A stretch of DNA of 64,000 nt from Candidatus Eiseniibacteriota bacterium (GTDB lineage: Bacteria > Eisenbacteria > RBG-16-71-46). The notes beneath the pieces are model-generated. The model was not told the origin of the DNA. It saw only the letters and a program-made list of their open reading frames with translations, and did not search any database. Shown piece by piece: positions 30,801 to 41,531 of this stretch (the first letter of the stretch is position 1; every line of letters begins with the position of its first letter). A program made the translations under genes and the position numbers. The stretch spans positions 195,827 to 259,826 of the forward strand of contig JBGAML010000006.1 of assembly GCA_044223005.1 (NCBI GenBank), written 5' to 3'.

Positions 30801-31622
30801 TCAGCCCTCCAGCTCGCGCGCGCGCTGGGTCGCGCGCTGCGTGGCTCGGACCACGGCCTTGATCAGCGTCACGCGCAGGCCGCCGTCCTCCAGCTCCAGG
30901 ATGCCGTCGATCGTCGTACCCGCCGGCGTCGTCACCTCGTCCTTGAGCTTCGCCGGATGCTCGCCGGTTTCCAGCACCATGGCGCCCGAGCCGAACACCG
31001 TCTGGGCCGCGAGCTCGGTCGCGATCGGGCGCGGCAGGCCGACCTTCACCCCGGCTTCCGCGAGCGACTCGATCACGATGAACAGGAACGCCGGCCCGCT
31101 CGCCGACAGTCCCGTGACCGCGTCCATGTGCGATTCGTCGACGATCACCGTGCGGCCCACCGCGTCGAAGATCTTCTTCGCGCGCGCCAGGTGCGCGGGC
31201 TTCGCATGGCGCCCGGCGCAGAGTGCGGTCATGCCGCGCCGCAGCACGGCGGGCGTGTTCGGCATCGCGCGCACCACGGGGACGCGCGCGGGCAGCCGTG
31301 CTTCGAGGAACGCCGTGCTCATCGAGGCCGCGGCCGAGATCAGCAGCTGGGACGGCTTCAGGTGCGGCCCGATCTCCTCGGCCACGCGGCCGACCTGTTG
31401 CGGCTTCACGCAGAGCAGCACGACGTCGGCGTGGCGCACCGCTTCGGCGTTGTCGCGGGCGGCGCGGACGCGCAGGCGACGCGCGACGTCGCGGGCGCGG
31501 GCGACGTGTCCGGCGGTGACCACGACGTCGGCGGGCTTCACGACGCCGGCGGCCACCAGACCGCGGATCAGCGTTTCGCCGAGCTTGCCGGCGCCCAGGA
31601 CGGCGATGCGGAGGCGGGCCAT
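30801..31622 (-). CDS. proC: Pyrroline-5-carboxylate reductase
   Basis: GAGKLG, LCVKPQ, RAMPNTP, TGLSASGPAF, VTTPAGTTI; this is the 3' part of ORF 30801..33974. Confidence 0.95.
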   Translation of the reverse strand: MARLRIAVLGAGKLGETLIRGLVAAGVVKPADVVVTAGHVARARDVARRLRVRAARDNAEAVRHADVVLLCVKPQQVGRVAEEIGPHLKPSQLLISAAASMSTAFLEARLPARVPVVRAMPNTPAVLRRGMTALCAGRHAKPAHLARAKKIFDAVGRTVIVDESHMDAVTGLSASGPAFLFIVIESLAEAGVKVGLPRPIATELAAQTVFGSGAMVLETGEHPAKLKDEVTTPAGTTIDGILELEDGGLRVTLIKAVVRATQRATQRARELEG

Positions 31623-31711
31623 GGAGGCTCCTCGGGAATGCGGTGGGAAACGCGCGGGCCGGTTCGTCGCGAGGACGACCCGGCCCGGGAGAGGAACGGT
31701 GCGCCCCGCGA

Positions 31712-32578
31712 TCACGACGGCGGGTTGGTGCTCCAGTCGTAGAAGCCGCGGCCGCTCTTGCGGCCGTGCATGCCCGCCATGACCATGCGCTTGAGGAGCG
31801 GCGGTGCGGCGAAGCGGGGCTCCTTGAACTCGTCGAACATGATCTCGGAGATGTAGTAGGTCGTGTCCAGCCCGACGTAGTCGGTGAGGAGCAGCGGCCC
31901 CATCGGGTAGCCGCAGCCCAGCTTCATCGCCGTGTCGATGTCGTCGCGGCTCGCGAGTCCCTGCTCGTAGACGCGGATCGCGTCGAGCATGTAGGGGACG
32001 AGCAGGCGGTTGACGACGAAGCCCGTCGAGTCGCCGCAGTTGACGACCGTCTTGCCGATCGCCATGCACCACGCGTTCGCCGCCTGGACCGCGTCGGGCG
32101 CGGTGCGCACCGTCTTCACGACCTCGACCAGCTTCATGAGCGGGACCGGGTTGAAGAAGTGCAGGCCGATCACGCGCTCGGGCCGCTTCGTGAACGTGCT
32201 GAGCTCGGTGATCGAGAGGCTCGAGGTGTTCGACGCGAAGATCGCGCTCGGCGCGCAGCTCGCGTCGAGCGTGCCGAACAGCTCCTTCTTGAGCCCGAGG
32301 TTCTCCGTCGCGGCCTCGATCACGAGGTCGCAGTCGGCGAGGTCCTTGAGTTCGACCGTGCCCTTCAGGTTCGCCAGCGTCTTCTCCATGTCGGCCGCGG
32401 CCAGCTTGCCCTTGTCCACGCCGCCCTGGAGGAACTTGCGGATCGAGCCGAGCCCCTTGTCGAGGGCGTTGGCCGACACCTCGCGCACGACGGTCGGGAA
32501 ACCCGCCTGCGCGCTCACCTGCGCGATGCCGCTGCCCATCAGGCCGCAGCCGATCACGCCCACTTTCTGGATCGCCAT
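31712..32578 (-). CDS. hbd: 3-hydroxybutyryl/3-hydroxyacyl-CoA dehydrogenase
   Basis: GCGLMGSGIA, IEAATEN, ASNTSS, GLHFFNPV, GFVVNRL, GYPMGP, GRKSGRGFY. Confidence 0.92.
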   Translation of the reverse strand: MAIQKVGVIGCGLMGSGIAQVSAQAGFPTVVREVSANALDKGLGSIRKFLQGGVDKGKLAAADMEKTLANLKGTVELKDLADCDLVIEAATENLGLKKELFGTLDASCAPSAIFASNTSSLSITELSTFTKRPERVIGLHFFNPVPLMKLVEVVKTVRTAPDAVQAANAWCMAIGKTVVNCGDSTGFVVNRLLVPYMLDAIRVYEQGLASRDDIDTAMKLGCGYPMGPLLLTDYVGLDTTYYISEIMFDEFKEPRFAAPPLLKRMVMAGMHGRKSGRGFYDWSTNPPS

Positions 32579-32674
32579 GCCGCTCGGGCCTCCGCGAAAA
32601 AGGATTCGTCGCCTGTGCTTCGGGACCGGGCGCGCAGGATAGAAGAGCGCGCGGAGGCGAACAAGCGCGGCGCG

Positions 32675-34126
32675 TCAGCGCGCCGCGGCCGGCGCGGCGA
32701 TCCCGCGGCCGTGCCACAGGCGCTCGAGCCCGCAGGTGTCGGGGGGCGCGGCCGCCAGCGAATCGAACAGCGCCACGGCCGCCGCGGGTTTCACGCCGCC
32801 GCGGCCCCACACCATGCCGAACCAGCGCCCGCCGGCGGCGTCCACCGCGTGCACCTCTTCGGCGCTCGCGACCTCGCGTGCGGTGACCACCGCGGCGCCG
32901 TCGAAGTAGGGGACCCGCTGGCGCATCGGGAGCAGCCGGTTGCGCGCGTGCGGGAAGTAGCGTTGCGCGAACAGCAGCGTGTGCGGATCGGCGTGGAAGA
33001 TCACGTCGCCGTCCCGGACGCGTGCGGCGAGCCACGTCCGCGCGACGGCGTTGCTGCTCGCTTCGGAGTTCACCGGTTGCAGCGCGAGCGCGCGGCCGGC
33101 GAGCACCACGAGCGCCGCGATCGCCACGCCGCGCGTCCAGCGGCCCGGCAGGCGCAGCAGCCCCGCGGCGAGCAGCGTGAACATGCCCGGGAGCGCGAAC
33201 ATCATGTACTTCACCGCGAAGATGTGGATGCCGTGCGTGCCGAGCCACCAGCACGCGATCACGGCCAGAGGGCCGATCGCGAACGCGAATGTCGTCGCGC
33301 GCCACGCGCGGCGGTCGACGAACGCCAGGGCCGCGACGAGCGCGACCGGGATCGCGACGCGGGCGTTGCCGAACGAGCAGCGGCGCGCGAAGTCGAACAG
33401 CGACCCCAGCGTGGGCGGCTTGAGCCAGAAGTCGACCTCGACCCGGTGCAGTTGCATCCAGAGGAGCGGCATCAGCGCCGCGAACAGCCCGCCGATCGCC
33501 GCGTGCAGCAGCACCCACTGGAACAGCCGCCGCGGCTCGCGCGCGAACCGGGCCACGCCCCAGAGCCACTGCGCGAACACGACCACGCCGGCCAGGTAGT
33601 GCGTCCACATCGCCGCCGCCGAGGCGGCGACGAAGAGCAGCGCGTCCGGGCGCCGGCCATGCTCGCTCCAGCGCCACGCGCCGAGCGCGGAGAGTCCCAG
33701 CGCCAGCCAGAGCAGCGCGTACGAGCGCATCTCCTGCGACACGTACACGTGCCACGGATGCACGGCGAGGAACGCCGCCACGATCCAGGCGGCCGGGCGG
33801 CCCAGCATCTCGCGCACGAGGAGGAATGCGACGTACAGCGCGCCCACGGCCGCGGCGATGCTCAGCCCGCGGAGCGCCACGTCCCACGGCGCCACGCGGC
33901 ACCACAGCCACACGAGCACGTAGTGGAGCGGTGGGTGCACATCCGCCGGCAGCAGGCTCAGCATCTCGCCCCACGGGCGGCGGGCGAGATCGAGCGTGTA
34001 CAGCTCGTCGAACCAGAGCGGGGTGCGAAGGGCTTCACGCAAACGGAGCAGGACCGCCGTCGCGAGCAGCGCGGGGAGGGCGAAACGCTCGAGCGGCGAC
34101 GGCGCATCCGGGCGACCAGTCGTCAT
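32675..34126 (-). CDS. GT-C fold membrane glycosyltransferase (family 39/ArnT-like)
   Basis: LWFDE, DVHPPLHY, SQEMRSY, WTHY, many TM helices and a periplasmic C-terminal domain; start uncertain. Confidence 0.82.
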   Translation of the reverse strand: MTTGRPDAPSPLERFALPALLATAVLLRLREALRTPLWFDELYTLDLARRPWGEMLSLLPADVHPPLHYVLVWLWCRVAPWDVALRGLSIAAAVGALYVAFLLVREMLGRPAAWIVAAFLAVHPWHVYVSQEMRSYALLWLALGLSALGAWRWSEHGRRPDALLFVAASAAAMWTHYLAGVVVFAQWLWGVARFAREPRRLFQWVLLHAAIGGLFAALMPLLWMQLHRVEVDFWLKPPTLGSLFDFARRCSFGNARVAIPVALVAALAFVDRRAWRATTFAFAIGPLAVIACWWLGTHGIHIFAVKYMMFALPGMFTLLAAGLLRLPGRWTRGVAIAALVVLAGRALALQPVNSEASSNAVARTWLAARVRDGDVIFHADPHTLLFAQRYFPHARNRLLPMRQRVPYFDGAAVVTAREVASAEEVHAVDAAGGRWFGMVWGRGGVKPAAAVALFDSLAAAPPDTCGLERLWHGRGIAAPAAAR

Positions 34127-34199
34127 GCGCGGCATGGTACACGACGGGAGATCGCTCCGCTCGTGGGCGCTCCGCTCGCGTGCTAGATTCCGAGCCGTC

Positions 34200-34958
34200 A
34201 TGCGTTCCTTCCATGTCCCGACGCGCGTCGTGCCGCTCGTGCTCGCGCTCCTCGCGGCGGCGGCCGTACACGGCGCCGCCGTCGCGAAGAGCGCGCGGCC
34301 CGCGCCCTCCGCCACCGGTTCGCACCGCTACGCGCTCACGCTTCTCCGGCGGGGAACCCGCGACTCCATTCCCGATTCGGAAGCGCGTCGCCTCCAGGCC
34401 GGCCACCTCGGAAACATCCGCCGCATGTTCGAGCTCGGCGCGCTCGACGCCGCCGGTCCGTTCGGCGACGACACGCCGCTGCGCGGCCTGTTCCTCTTCC
34501 GCTCCGACACGCTCGCGCTCGACTCGCTGTTCGCGCCGGATCCGCTGATCGGCGCGGGGCGGCTGCGTGTGGAGACGCACACGTGGATCACGCGCGAGGG
34601 TCTGGGCGACGCCTACCGCGCCCGCGGCGTGGCGAGTCCCGGTGCGCGCGATTCCATGGTCACGTTCTCGTTCGTGCTCTTGAAGCGCGGCCCCGCGTGG
34701 AGCGCGGTCGCGACGCCCGAGCTGACGCGGCTGCTCGAACGCCAGCAGCGCGAGCTCGCGGCGTGGAGCGCGAGCGGCCGCCTGCGGCTCGCGGGCCCGA
34801 TCGCGGGCACGGGCGAGCTGCGCGGCGTCTACGTCTTCGACGCCGACACGGCGACGACCGCGCGGCTGCTCGCGCGCGATCCGCTCGTGCGTGCCGGCCG
34901 CATCGTCTTTGAGATCCATCCGTGGTGGACCGCGTACGGAGTCGTTCCCGGCCCCTGA
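34200..34958 (+). CDS. Exported tandem YciI-like protein
   Basis: Signal peptide followed by two repeats of LL.RG...AGP[FI]...LRG[LV][FY].F...DPL[IV].AGR. Confidence 0.75.
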   Translation: MRSFHVPTRVVPLVLALLAAAAVHGAAVAKSARPAPSATGSHRYALTLLRRGTRDSIPDSEARRLQAGHLGNIRRMFELGALDAAGPFGDDTPLRGLFLFRSDTLALDSLFAPDPLIGAGRLRVETHTWITREGLGDAYRARGVASPGARDSMVTFSFVLLKRGPAWSAVATPELTRLLERQQRELAAWSASGRLRLAGPIAGTGELRGVYVFDADTATTARLLARDPLVRAGRIVFEIHPWWTAYGVVPGP

Positions 34959-35032
34959 CCGATCCACGTCCCGACGCAAACCCTCCGCCCGCTCCGCGGG
35001 CGTCGCATCGAGCAAGAGAAGGAGATCGCGCC

Positions 35033-36253
35033 GTGAACCGCTCGCTGGTCGAAACGCTCGTCATCCCCAACACGACCAAGATCGTCCTGCTGGTCCTCGA
35101 CGGTCTCGGCGACCTGCCGCACCCCGAGCAGGGCGGCCGGACGCCACTCGAGGCCGCGCGCACGCCGAACATGGACGCGATCGCGCCCGCCGCCGCGCTC
35201 GCGCGGCTGCTGCCGGTCGAGCCCGGCGTCACGCCCGGCAGCGGTCCGGGCCACCTCGGGCTCTTCGGCTACGACCCGGCGACGACGATCGTGGGCCGCG
35301 GCGTCCTCGAAGCGCTGGGCGCCGGGATGGAGCTGAAGCCCGGCGACGTCGCCGCGCGCGCCAACTTCTGCACGCTCGGCCCCGACGGCATCGTCACCGA
35401 CCGCCGCGCCGGCCGCATCCCGAGCGAGAAGTGCGCGGAGCTGGTCGCGAAGCTGCAGAAGGATGCGTCGCGCTTCGAGGACGTGGACGTCGTGCTGCAG
35501 CCGGGCAAGGGCCACCGCTTCGTCGCGGTGCTGCGCGGCCCCGGCCTGGGCGGCGACGTGAGCGACGCCGATCCGCACAAGGAAGGCAAGCCGATCCCGC
35601 CTGCGCACGCGCTCGTGGCCAACGCCGCGAACCAGAAGACGGCGCGCATCGTGGACGCGTTCGTGAAGCGCGCCGCCGAGATCCTGAAGGGCGAGTCGCC
35701 CGCGAACGCCGCGCTCGCGCGCGGCTTTTCGGAGCGACCGAACTTCCCCGGCTACAAGGAGCGCTGGCAGCTGCGCGCGGCTGCGATCGCCGCGTACCCG
35801 ATGTACCGCGGCGTCGCGCAGCTCGCGGGCATGGACCTGTTCGTGCCCACGGGCGAGGCGGCCGCCGACGCGATCGCGATCGCGAAGCAGAAGTGGAACG
35901 ACTACGACTTCTTCTTCCTGCACGTGAAGGGCACCGACATGGCGGGGGAGGACGGCAACTTCGCCGCCAAGCAGGCCGTGATCGAGGCCACCGACGCCGC
36001 GTTGCCCGAGTTGCTCGCCCTGAAGCCCGACGTGCTCTGCATCACCGGTGACCATTCGACGCCGGTCATGGTGAAGGGACACTCGTGGCACCCGGTGCCG
36101 GCGCTGATCGCCGGCAAGTGGGCGTTCATGGACGGCTTCGCGCGCTTCACCGAGAAGAACTGCCGCGGCGGCAGCTTCGCCGGACTGCGCAGCTGCGAGC
36201 TCATGCCGGTGCTCATGGCCAACGCGGCGAGGCTCGACAAGTTCGGCGCCTGA
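35033..36253 (+). CDS. apgM: 2,3-bisphosphoglycerate-independent phosphoglycerate mutase, ApgM (archaeal-like) family
   Basis: LDGLGDLP, TPLEAARTPNMD, PGSGPGHL, GRGVLEA, DRRAGRI, HVKGTD, TGDHSTP, HSWHPVP. Confidence 0.92.
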   Translation: MNRSLVETLVIPNTTKIVLLVLDGLGDLPHPEQGGRTPLEAARTPNMDAIAPAAALARLLPVEPGVTPGSGPGHLGLFGYDPATTIVGRGVLEALGAGMELKPGDVAARANFCTLGPDGIVTDRRAGRIPSEKCAELVAKLQKDASRFEDVDVVLQPGKGHRFVAVLRGPGLGGDVSDADPHKEGKPIPPAHALVANAANQKTARIVDAFVKRAAEILKGESPANAALARGFSERPNFPGYKERWQLRAAAIAAYPMYRGVAQLAGMDLFVPTGEAAADAIAIAKQKWNDYDFFFLHVKGTDMAGEDGNFAAKQAVIEATDAALPELLALKPDVLCITGDHSTPVMVKGHSWHPVPALIAGKWAFMDGFARFTEKNCRGGSFAGLRSCELMPVLMANAARLDKFGA

Positions 36254-36286
36254 CGCCGCCCGCGCGGCCGTTTCCATTTGCAACGA

Positions 36287-36317
36287 CCGAGGGCCGCCCG
36301 CCGTGGGCGGCCCTCGG
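36287..36317 (+). terminator. Hairpin after apgM
   Basis: ccgagggccgccc-gccgt-gggcggccctcgg, a perfect 13-bp stem without a U-tract. Confidence 0.5.
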
Positions 36318-36440
36318 CGCGTGTGCTAGACTGCCCGCCGTTTGCATCGTGCGGGATGCGGGCTCCGCGGCCGCGCGGCCCGGTGCGCGCTCCGGCGCGC
36401 CCGGTCGTGCGTGTGGGCGAGGGCCATGCCGGACCCGGCT

Positions 36441-36522
36441 GCGAGAGTGGCGGAACTGGCAGACGCGCCGGACTTAGGATCCGGTGGGGAAACTCGTGGG
36501 GGTTCAAATCCCCCCTCTCGCA
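36441..36522 (+). tRNA. tRNA-Leu (anticodon TAG), CCA not encoded
   Basis: Acceptor stem GCGAGAG/CTCTCGC, D-loop with GG, anticodon arm CCGGA-CTTAGGA-TCCGG, variable arm, GGTTCAAATCC T-arm; usual position before tig. Confidence 0.96.
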
Positions 36523-36571
36523 CTCTCATCTCAAGGAACCCTTTCACCGTCTTGCGAGGCCTGGACAGACG

Positions 36572-37870
36572 ATGAGCCATACCGTTCGCGAAACCGGCAC
36601 CTGGCAGCACACCGTATCCGTGGAGATTCCCGTCGAGGAAGTCGAAGCCCGCCTCGACCAGGTCGCGCGCACGCTGCAGCGCCGCGTCGTCATGCCGGGT
36701 TTCCGCAAGGGGAAGGTGCCGCTCGATCGCGTGCGCGCCGAGTTTGCCAGCCACATCGAGCAGGAGTTCCTCGACACGATCCTGCCCGAGGCCGCCGGCC
36801 GCGCGATCCAGGAGTCGGGCCTGAACCCGGTCGTCCCGCCCACGGTGTCGAACCTGCGCTTCACGCCCGGCCAGCCGCTCACGTTCGACGCGCAGATCGA
36901 CGTCGCGCCGGTGATCGATCCCAAGGACTGGAAGGGCCTGCCGCTCGTGCGCCGCGCGCGCGCGATCGACGATCAGGCCATCGACGACGTGGTCGCGAAC
37001 CTGCGCGAGGAGTCGGCCGTCTTCTCGGACCTCGACCGCGAGGCCCAGAAGGGCGACGTGGTCCTGCTCGACTCCCAGCGGCTGGACGCCAACGGCCGCC
37101 GGCTGGCCCACACCCGGGCCAAGGGCACCCGGATCCTGCTCGGGGCGCCCGAGCTGCTCCCGGACCTCGAAAACGGCCTGCTGGGCTCCAAGGCGGGCCA
37201 GGAGCGCACGATCGCCGTCAATTACCCGGCCGACTACCGCCAGGAGGAACTGGCTGGAAAGGCCGTGCGTTACGTCGTTTCCATCCGGAAAATCCAGGAG
37301 AAGAAGCTGCGCGAAGTGGACGATAACTTTGCGCGAGAGCTGTTCCGACTGGACTCGCTGCAGGCGCTGCGGGATCGCGTCCGCCAGAACCTCGAAGCCG
37401 AGGAAGGCGTCCGCGTCCGGCGCGAGATGGAGGGGATGGCCACCGAAGAACTGATCCGCCGCAACCCGTTCGAACTGCCCGGACGACTGCTCGAGTACAT
37501 GCTCGGCCAGGTGCTCCGCGAGCAGACCGGCGGCCGCGACGTGCCCGAGGACCTGCGCAAGCAGCTCGAGGAGCACTACCGCCCCGGGGTCGAACGCTCG
37601 CTGCGACGCGAACTGATCCTCGGCGGTGTCTCGCGGCAGGAGTCGCTGTCGGTGACGGACGACGAAATCGCGGCAGAGATCGAACGGATGTGCGCGTCGG
37701 ACCCGCGGCAGGCATCGCGGATCCGCGCGAGGTACCAGTCGGCCGACCGGCGCCACTCGCTCGGCGAGGGCCTGGTCGAACGCAAGGCGATGGACGCCGT
37801 GATCGCGGCGGCGCAGGTGAAGGACGAACCCGTCGGACCGGTGATGGCCGGCTCGGCGGCCGGACGGTAA
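36572..37870 (+). CDS. tig: Trigger factor
   Basis: Ribosome-binding [13 protein letters not shown]-like centre (YPADY..EELAGK), C-terminal chaperone domain. Confidence 0.94.
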   Translation: MSHTVRETGTWQHTVSVEIPVEEVEARLDQVARTLQRRVVMPGFRKGKVPLDRVRAEFASHIEQEFLDTILPEAAGRAIQESGLNPVVPPTVSNLRFTPGQPLTFDAQIDVAPVIDPKDWKGLPLVRRARAIDDQAIDDVVANLREESAVFSDLDREAQKGDVVLLDSQRLDANGRRLAHTRAKGTRILLGAPELLPDLENGLLGSKAGQERTIAVNYPADYRQEELAGKAVRYVVSIRKIQEKKLREVDDNFARELFRLDSLQALRDRVRQNLEAEEGVRVRREMEGMATEELIRRNPFELPGRLLEYMLGQVLREQTGGRDVPEDLRKQLEEHYRPGVERSLRRELILGGVSRQESLSVTDDEIAAEIERMCASDPRQASRIRARYQSADRRHSLGEGLVERKAMDAVIAAAQVKDEPVGPVMAGSAAGR

Positions 37871-37926
37871 GCGAAGCACCGCCGCAGGACGCGGCGGAGG
37901 ACTCCACGAGGAAAGGGTCGAACGGG

Positions 37927-38511
37927 ATGGGTCTCGTACCGATCGTCGTCGAGCAGACCGGGCGTGGCGAACGCGCCTACGACATCTACTCGCGGTTGCT
38001 GAAGGACCGCATCATCTTCATCGGGACGCCGATCGACGACCAGGTCGCCGACCTGATCGTGGCGCAGATGATCTTCCTCGAGGCCGAGGACCCGGATCGC
38101 GAGATCAACCTGTACATCAACAGCCCCGGCGGCGTCGTCACGTCGGGCCTGGCGATCTACGACACCATGCAGTTCGTGAAGCCTCCGGTGTCCACGCTGT
38201 GCATGGGCCAGGCGGCGAGCATGGCCGCGGTGCTGCTGGCCGCCGGCGCGACGGGCAAGCGCTACGCGCTCCCGAACGCCCGCGTGATGATCCACCAGGT
38301 GCTCGGTGGAGCGTCGGGCCAGTACAGCGACGTCGAGATCATGACGCGCGAGATGCAGAAGATCCGCGACGCCCTGAACGGCATCCTCGCCAAGCACACC
38401 GGCCGCACCGTGGAAGAGATCCAGAAGGACACCGACCGCAACAACTTCATGTCGGCGACCGAAGCCAAGACGTACGGCATCATCGACGAGATCCTGGACA
38501 AGCGCCGTTGA
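37927..38511 (+). CDS. clpP: ATP-dependent Clp protease proteolytic subunit
   Basis: [37 protein letters not shown]. Confidence 0.97.
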   Translation: MGLVPIVVEQTGRGERAYDIYSRLLKDRIIFIGTPIDDQVADLIVAQMIFLEAEDPDREINLYINSPGGVVTSGLAIYDTMQFVKPPVSTLCMGQAASMAAVLLAAGATGKRYALPNARVMIHQVLGGASGQYSDVEIMTREMQKIRDALNGILAKHTGRTVEEIQKDTDRNNFMSATEAKTYGIIDEILDKRR

Positions 38512-38575
38512 CGATCCCGCGGGGCCGCCGCGAGACGGCCCCGCCAGCTCTGGCAGGCTCGGGGACGGGAACCCA

Positions 38576-39835
<1,260 letters not shown>

Positions 39836-39860
39836 ACGCGCGCTGAAGACGAACGCACGA

Positions 39861-39898
39861 GCGCCCCGCCGCGGAAACGTGGCGGGGCGCGGTGCTTT
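39861..39898 (+). terminator. Terminator-like hairpin after clpX
   Basis: gcgccccgccgcg-gaaa-cgtggcggggcgc followed by ggtgcttt. Confidence 0.65.
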
Positions 39899-40226
39899 GG
39901 GGGGGGCGCGGGATCGCGAGGCCGAGGCGAGCATGTGCTCGACTCCGGGGGGCTGCCGATCCGCCGCCGCGGGCCGGGACGTGGAGCCCGGCCGCGAATC
40001 GCCATTGACACGTTTGCGCGCGTCATGCGCGCGAGACCGAGGCTCTTCCGCTCACGCATCGTGTGCGCGACGTGCTCGCGCGTGCGAGGCGAAACGCGCG
40101 TGAGTCTTCGCGAGTTGTCGCGACGCGGCGCGATTCGCCGTGTGCGGGCGCGTGCAGCGGCCGTTTTCGCGTGTGCTACAAAGGACGCGCGCCCGACGCA
40201 CACCCGCCCCCGACGCGGATGTCGTC

Positions 40227-41531
40227 ATGAACACGTTTCGCCGCTCGCAGTTCTCGGATCACGCGCTGGTCGCCGCCTGCCGCGAGCACGTCTCGCGCGA
40301 ACGTCGGGCGATCGCGGAACTGCTCGCCGATCTCGCCGAGGTGGATGCGCGGCGGTTGTATGCGCCGGCGGGGTACTCGTCGCTCTATGCGTGGTGCGTG
40401 GGGGAGCTGCATCTCTCCGAGGACGCGGCGTACAAGCGGATCCAGGCGGCGAAAGCGGCGCGGGACTTCCCGGTGCTGCTCGATGCGCTCGCGGATGGCC
40501 GGCTGCACCTGAGCGCCGTCGTGCTTCTGGGGCCGAGCCTTTCGCGTGAAAACGTGGCGGTACTGATCGCCGCTGCGGCGCACCAGACGTGCGACACGAT
40601 CAAGCTCGTGCTGGCCGAGCGCTTTCCGCGTCCCGACGTGCCGACGAATGTGCGCCCGGTCGCGGAGCATTGCGGCAACCCACTGGATTTGAAACCAGTC
40701 ATTGTGACGGAGGCTGAACATCCGGGAAGCGAGCCGGTCGCGGTCGACGCCGTGCCCAGCGCAAGCGCTGCACCCCACACCCGCGTCGCCCCGCTTTCGC
40801 CCGGCCGCTACGAGCTGCGCGGCACGCTGGACGCCGACGCGCACGCGGACCTGCGCGCCGCGCAGGAGCTGCTCGGCGTGCACGCGGGCGACGCGATGAG
40901 CGTGATCGCGAAGGGGCTCAAGCTCCTGCGCCGCGACCTGGAGCGCCGGCGTTGTGCCGCGACCGAGAAGCCGCGGAAGCCGCGCCGCGCCGGGAAGGGC
41001 CGTACCATCCCGGCCGCGACCCGACGTGAGGTCTGGCAGCGCGACGGCGGACAGTGCACGTACACGAGCGACTCCGGCCATCGTTGCGGGGAGCGCAAGG
41101 GACTCGAGTGCGATCACATCGTGTCCCGGGCGCTCGGCGGCGACGACTCGGCCGGGAACCTCCGGCTGCGCTGTCGCGCGCACAATCAGTTGGAGGCCGA
41201 GCGGGCCTTCGGCGTGGCGTTCATGGAAGGGAAGCGCGCCGCCGCGCGCGAGCGGAAGCTCGAACGCGAGCGGCAGCGCGCCGCGGACCGAGAGGCCCGC
41301 GCCAGGACGGAAGCGCAGCGCGCCGCCGAGCGCCAACGCGAAGCCGAGTTGCGCGAACGGGCGGCCGAGGTCGTGCCGTGGCTGCGCACGCTCGGATTCC
41401 GCGCGGACGAGGCGCGCCGGGCGGCCGAACGGTCCGCGCACCTGGCGGACGAGCCGCTCGAGGAGCGGGTCCGCGTGGCGCTGCAGGGGCTCGCTCCGCC
41501 GCGGGCGCGGCATGCCGGCGGTGGCGACTGA
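40227..41531 (+). CDS. HNH endonuclease with a DUF222-like N-terminus, coiled coil and RuvA-domain-III-like C-terminus
   Basis: N-terminus LAEVDARRLY..GYSSL..WC...LS...AYKRI; HNH domain RREVWQRDGGQC...C...LECDHI...GG...NLRLRCRAHN; C-terminus LRTLGF..DEA...LEERVRVAL. Confidence 0.85.
   Translation: MNTFRRSQFSDHALVAACREHVSRERRAIAELLADLAEVDARRLYAPAGYSSLYAWCVGELHLSEDAAYKRIQAAKAARDFPVLLDALADGRLHLSAVVLLGPSLSRENVAVLIAAAAHQTCDTIKLVLAERFPRPDVPTNVRPVAEHCGNPLDLKPVIVTEAEHPGSEPVAVDAVPSASAAPHTRVAPLSPGRYELRGTLDADAHADLRAAQELLGVHAGDAMSVIAKGLKLLRRDLERRRCAATEKPRKPRRAGKGRTIPAATRREVWQRDGGQCTYTSDSGHRCGERKGLECDHIVSRALGGDDSAGNLRLRCRAHNQLEAERAFGVAFMEGKRAAARERKLERERQRAADREARARTEAQRAAERQREAELRERAAEVVPWLRTLGFRADEARRAAERSAHLADEPLEERVRVALQGLAPPRARHAGGGD

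Noticed and set aside
30801..33974. Apparent 1057-aa ProC fusion
   Set aside because: Only the last 273 codons are ProC (own ATG at 31622). The upstream part is an off-frame read through hbd and the GT-C gene.
36441..36571. tRNA-Leu as an integration site for an island
   Set aside because: tig follows directly, with no integrase or duplicated tRNA 3' end seen in the window.
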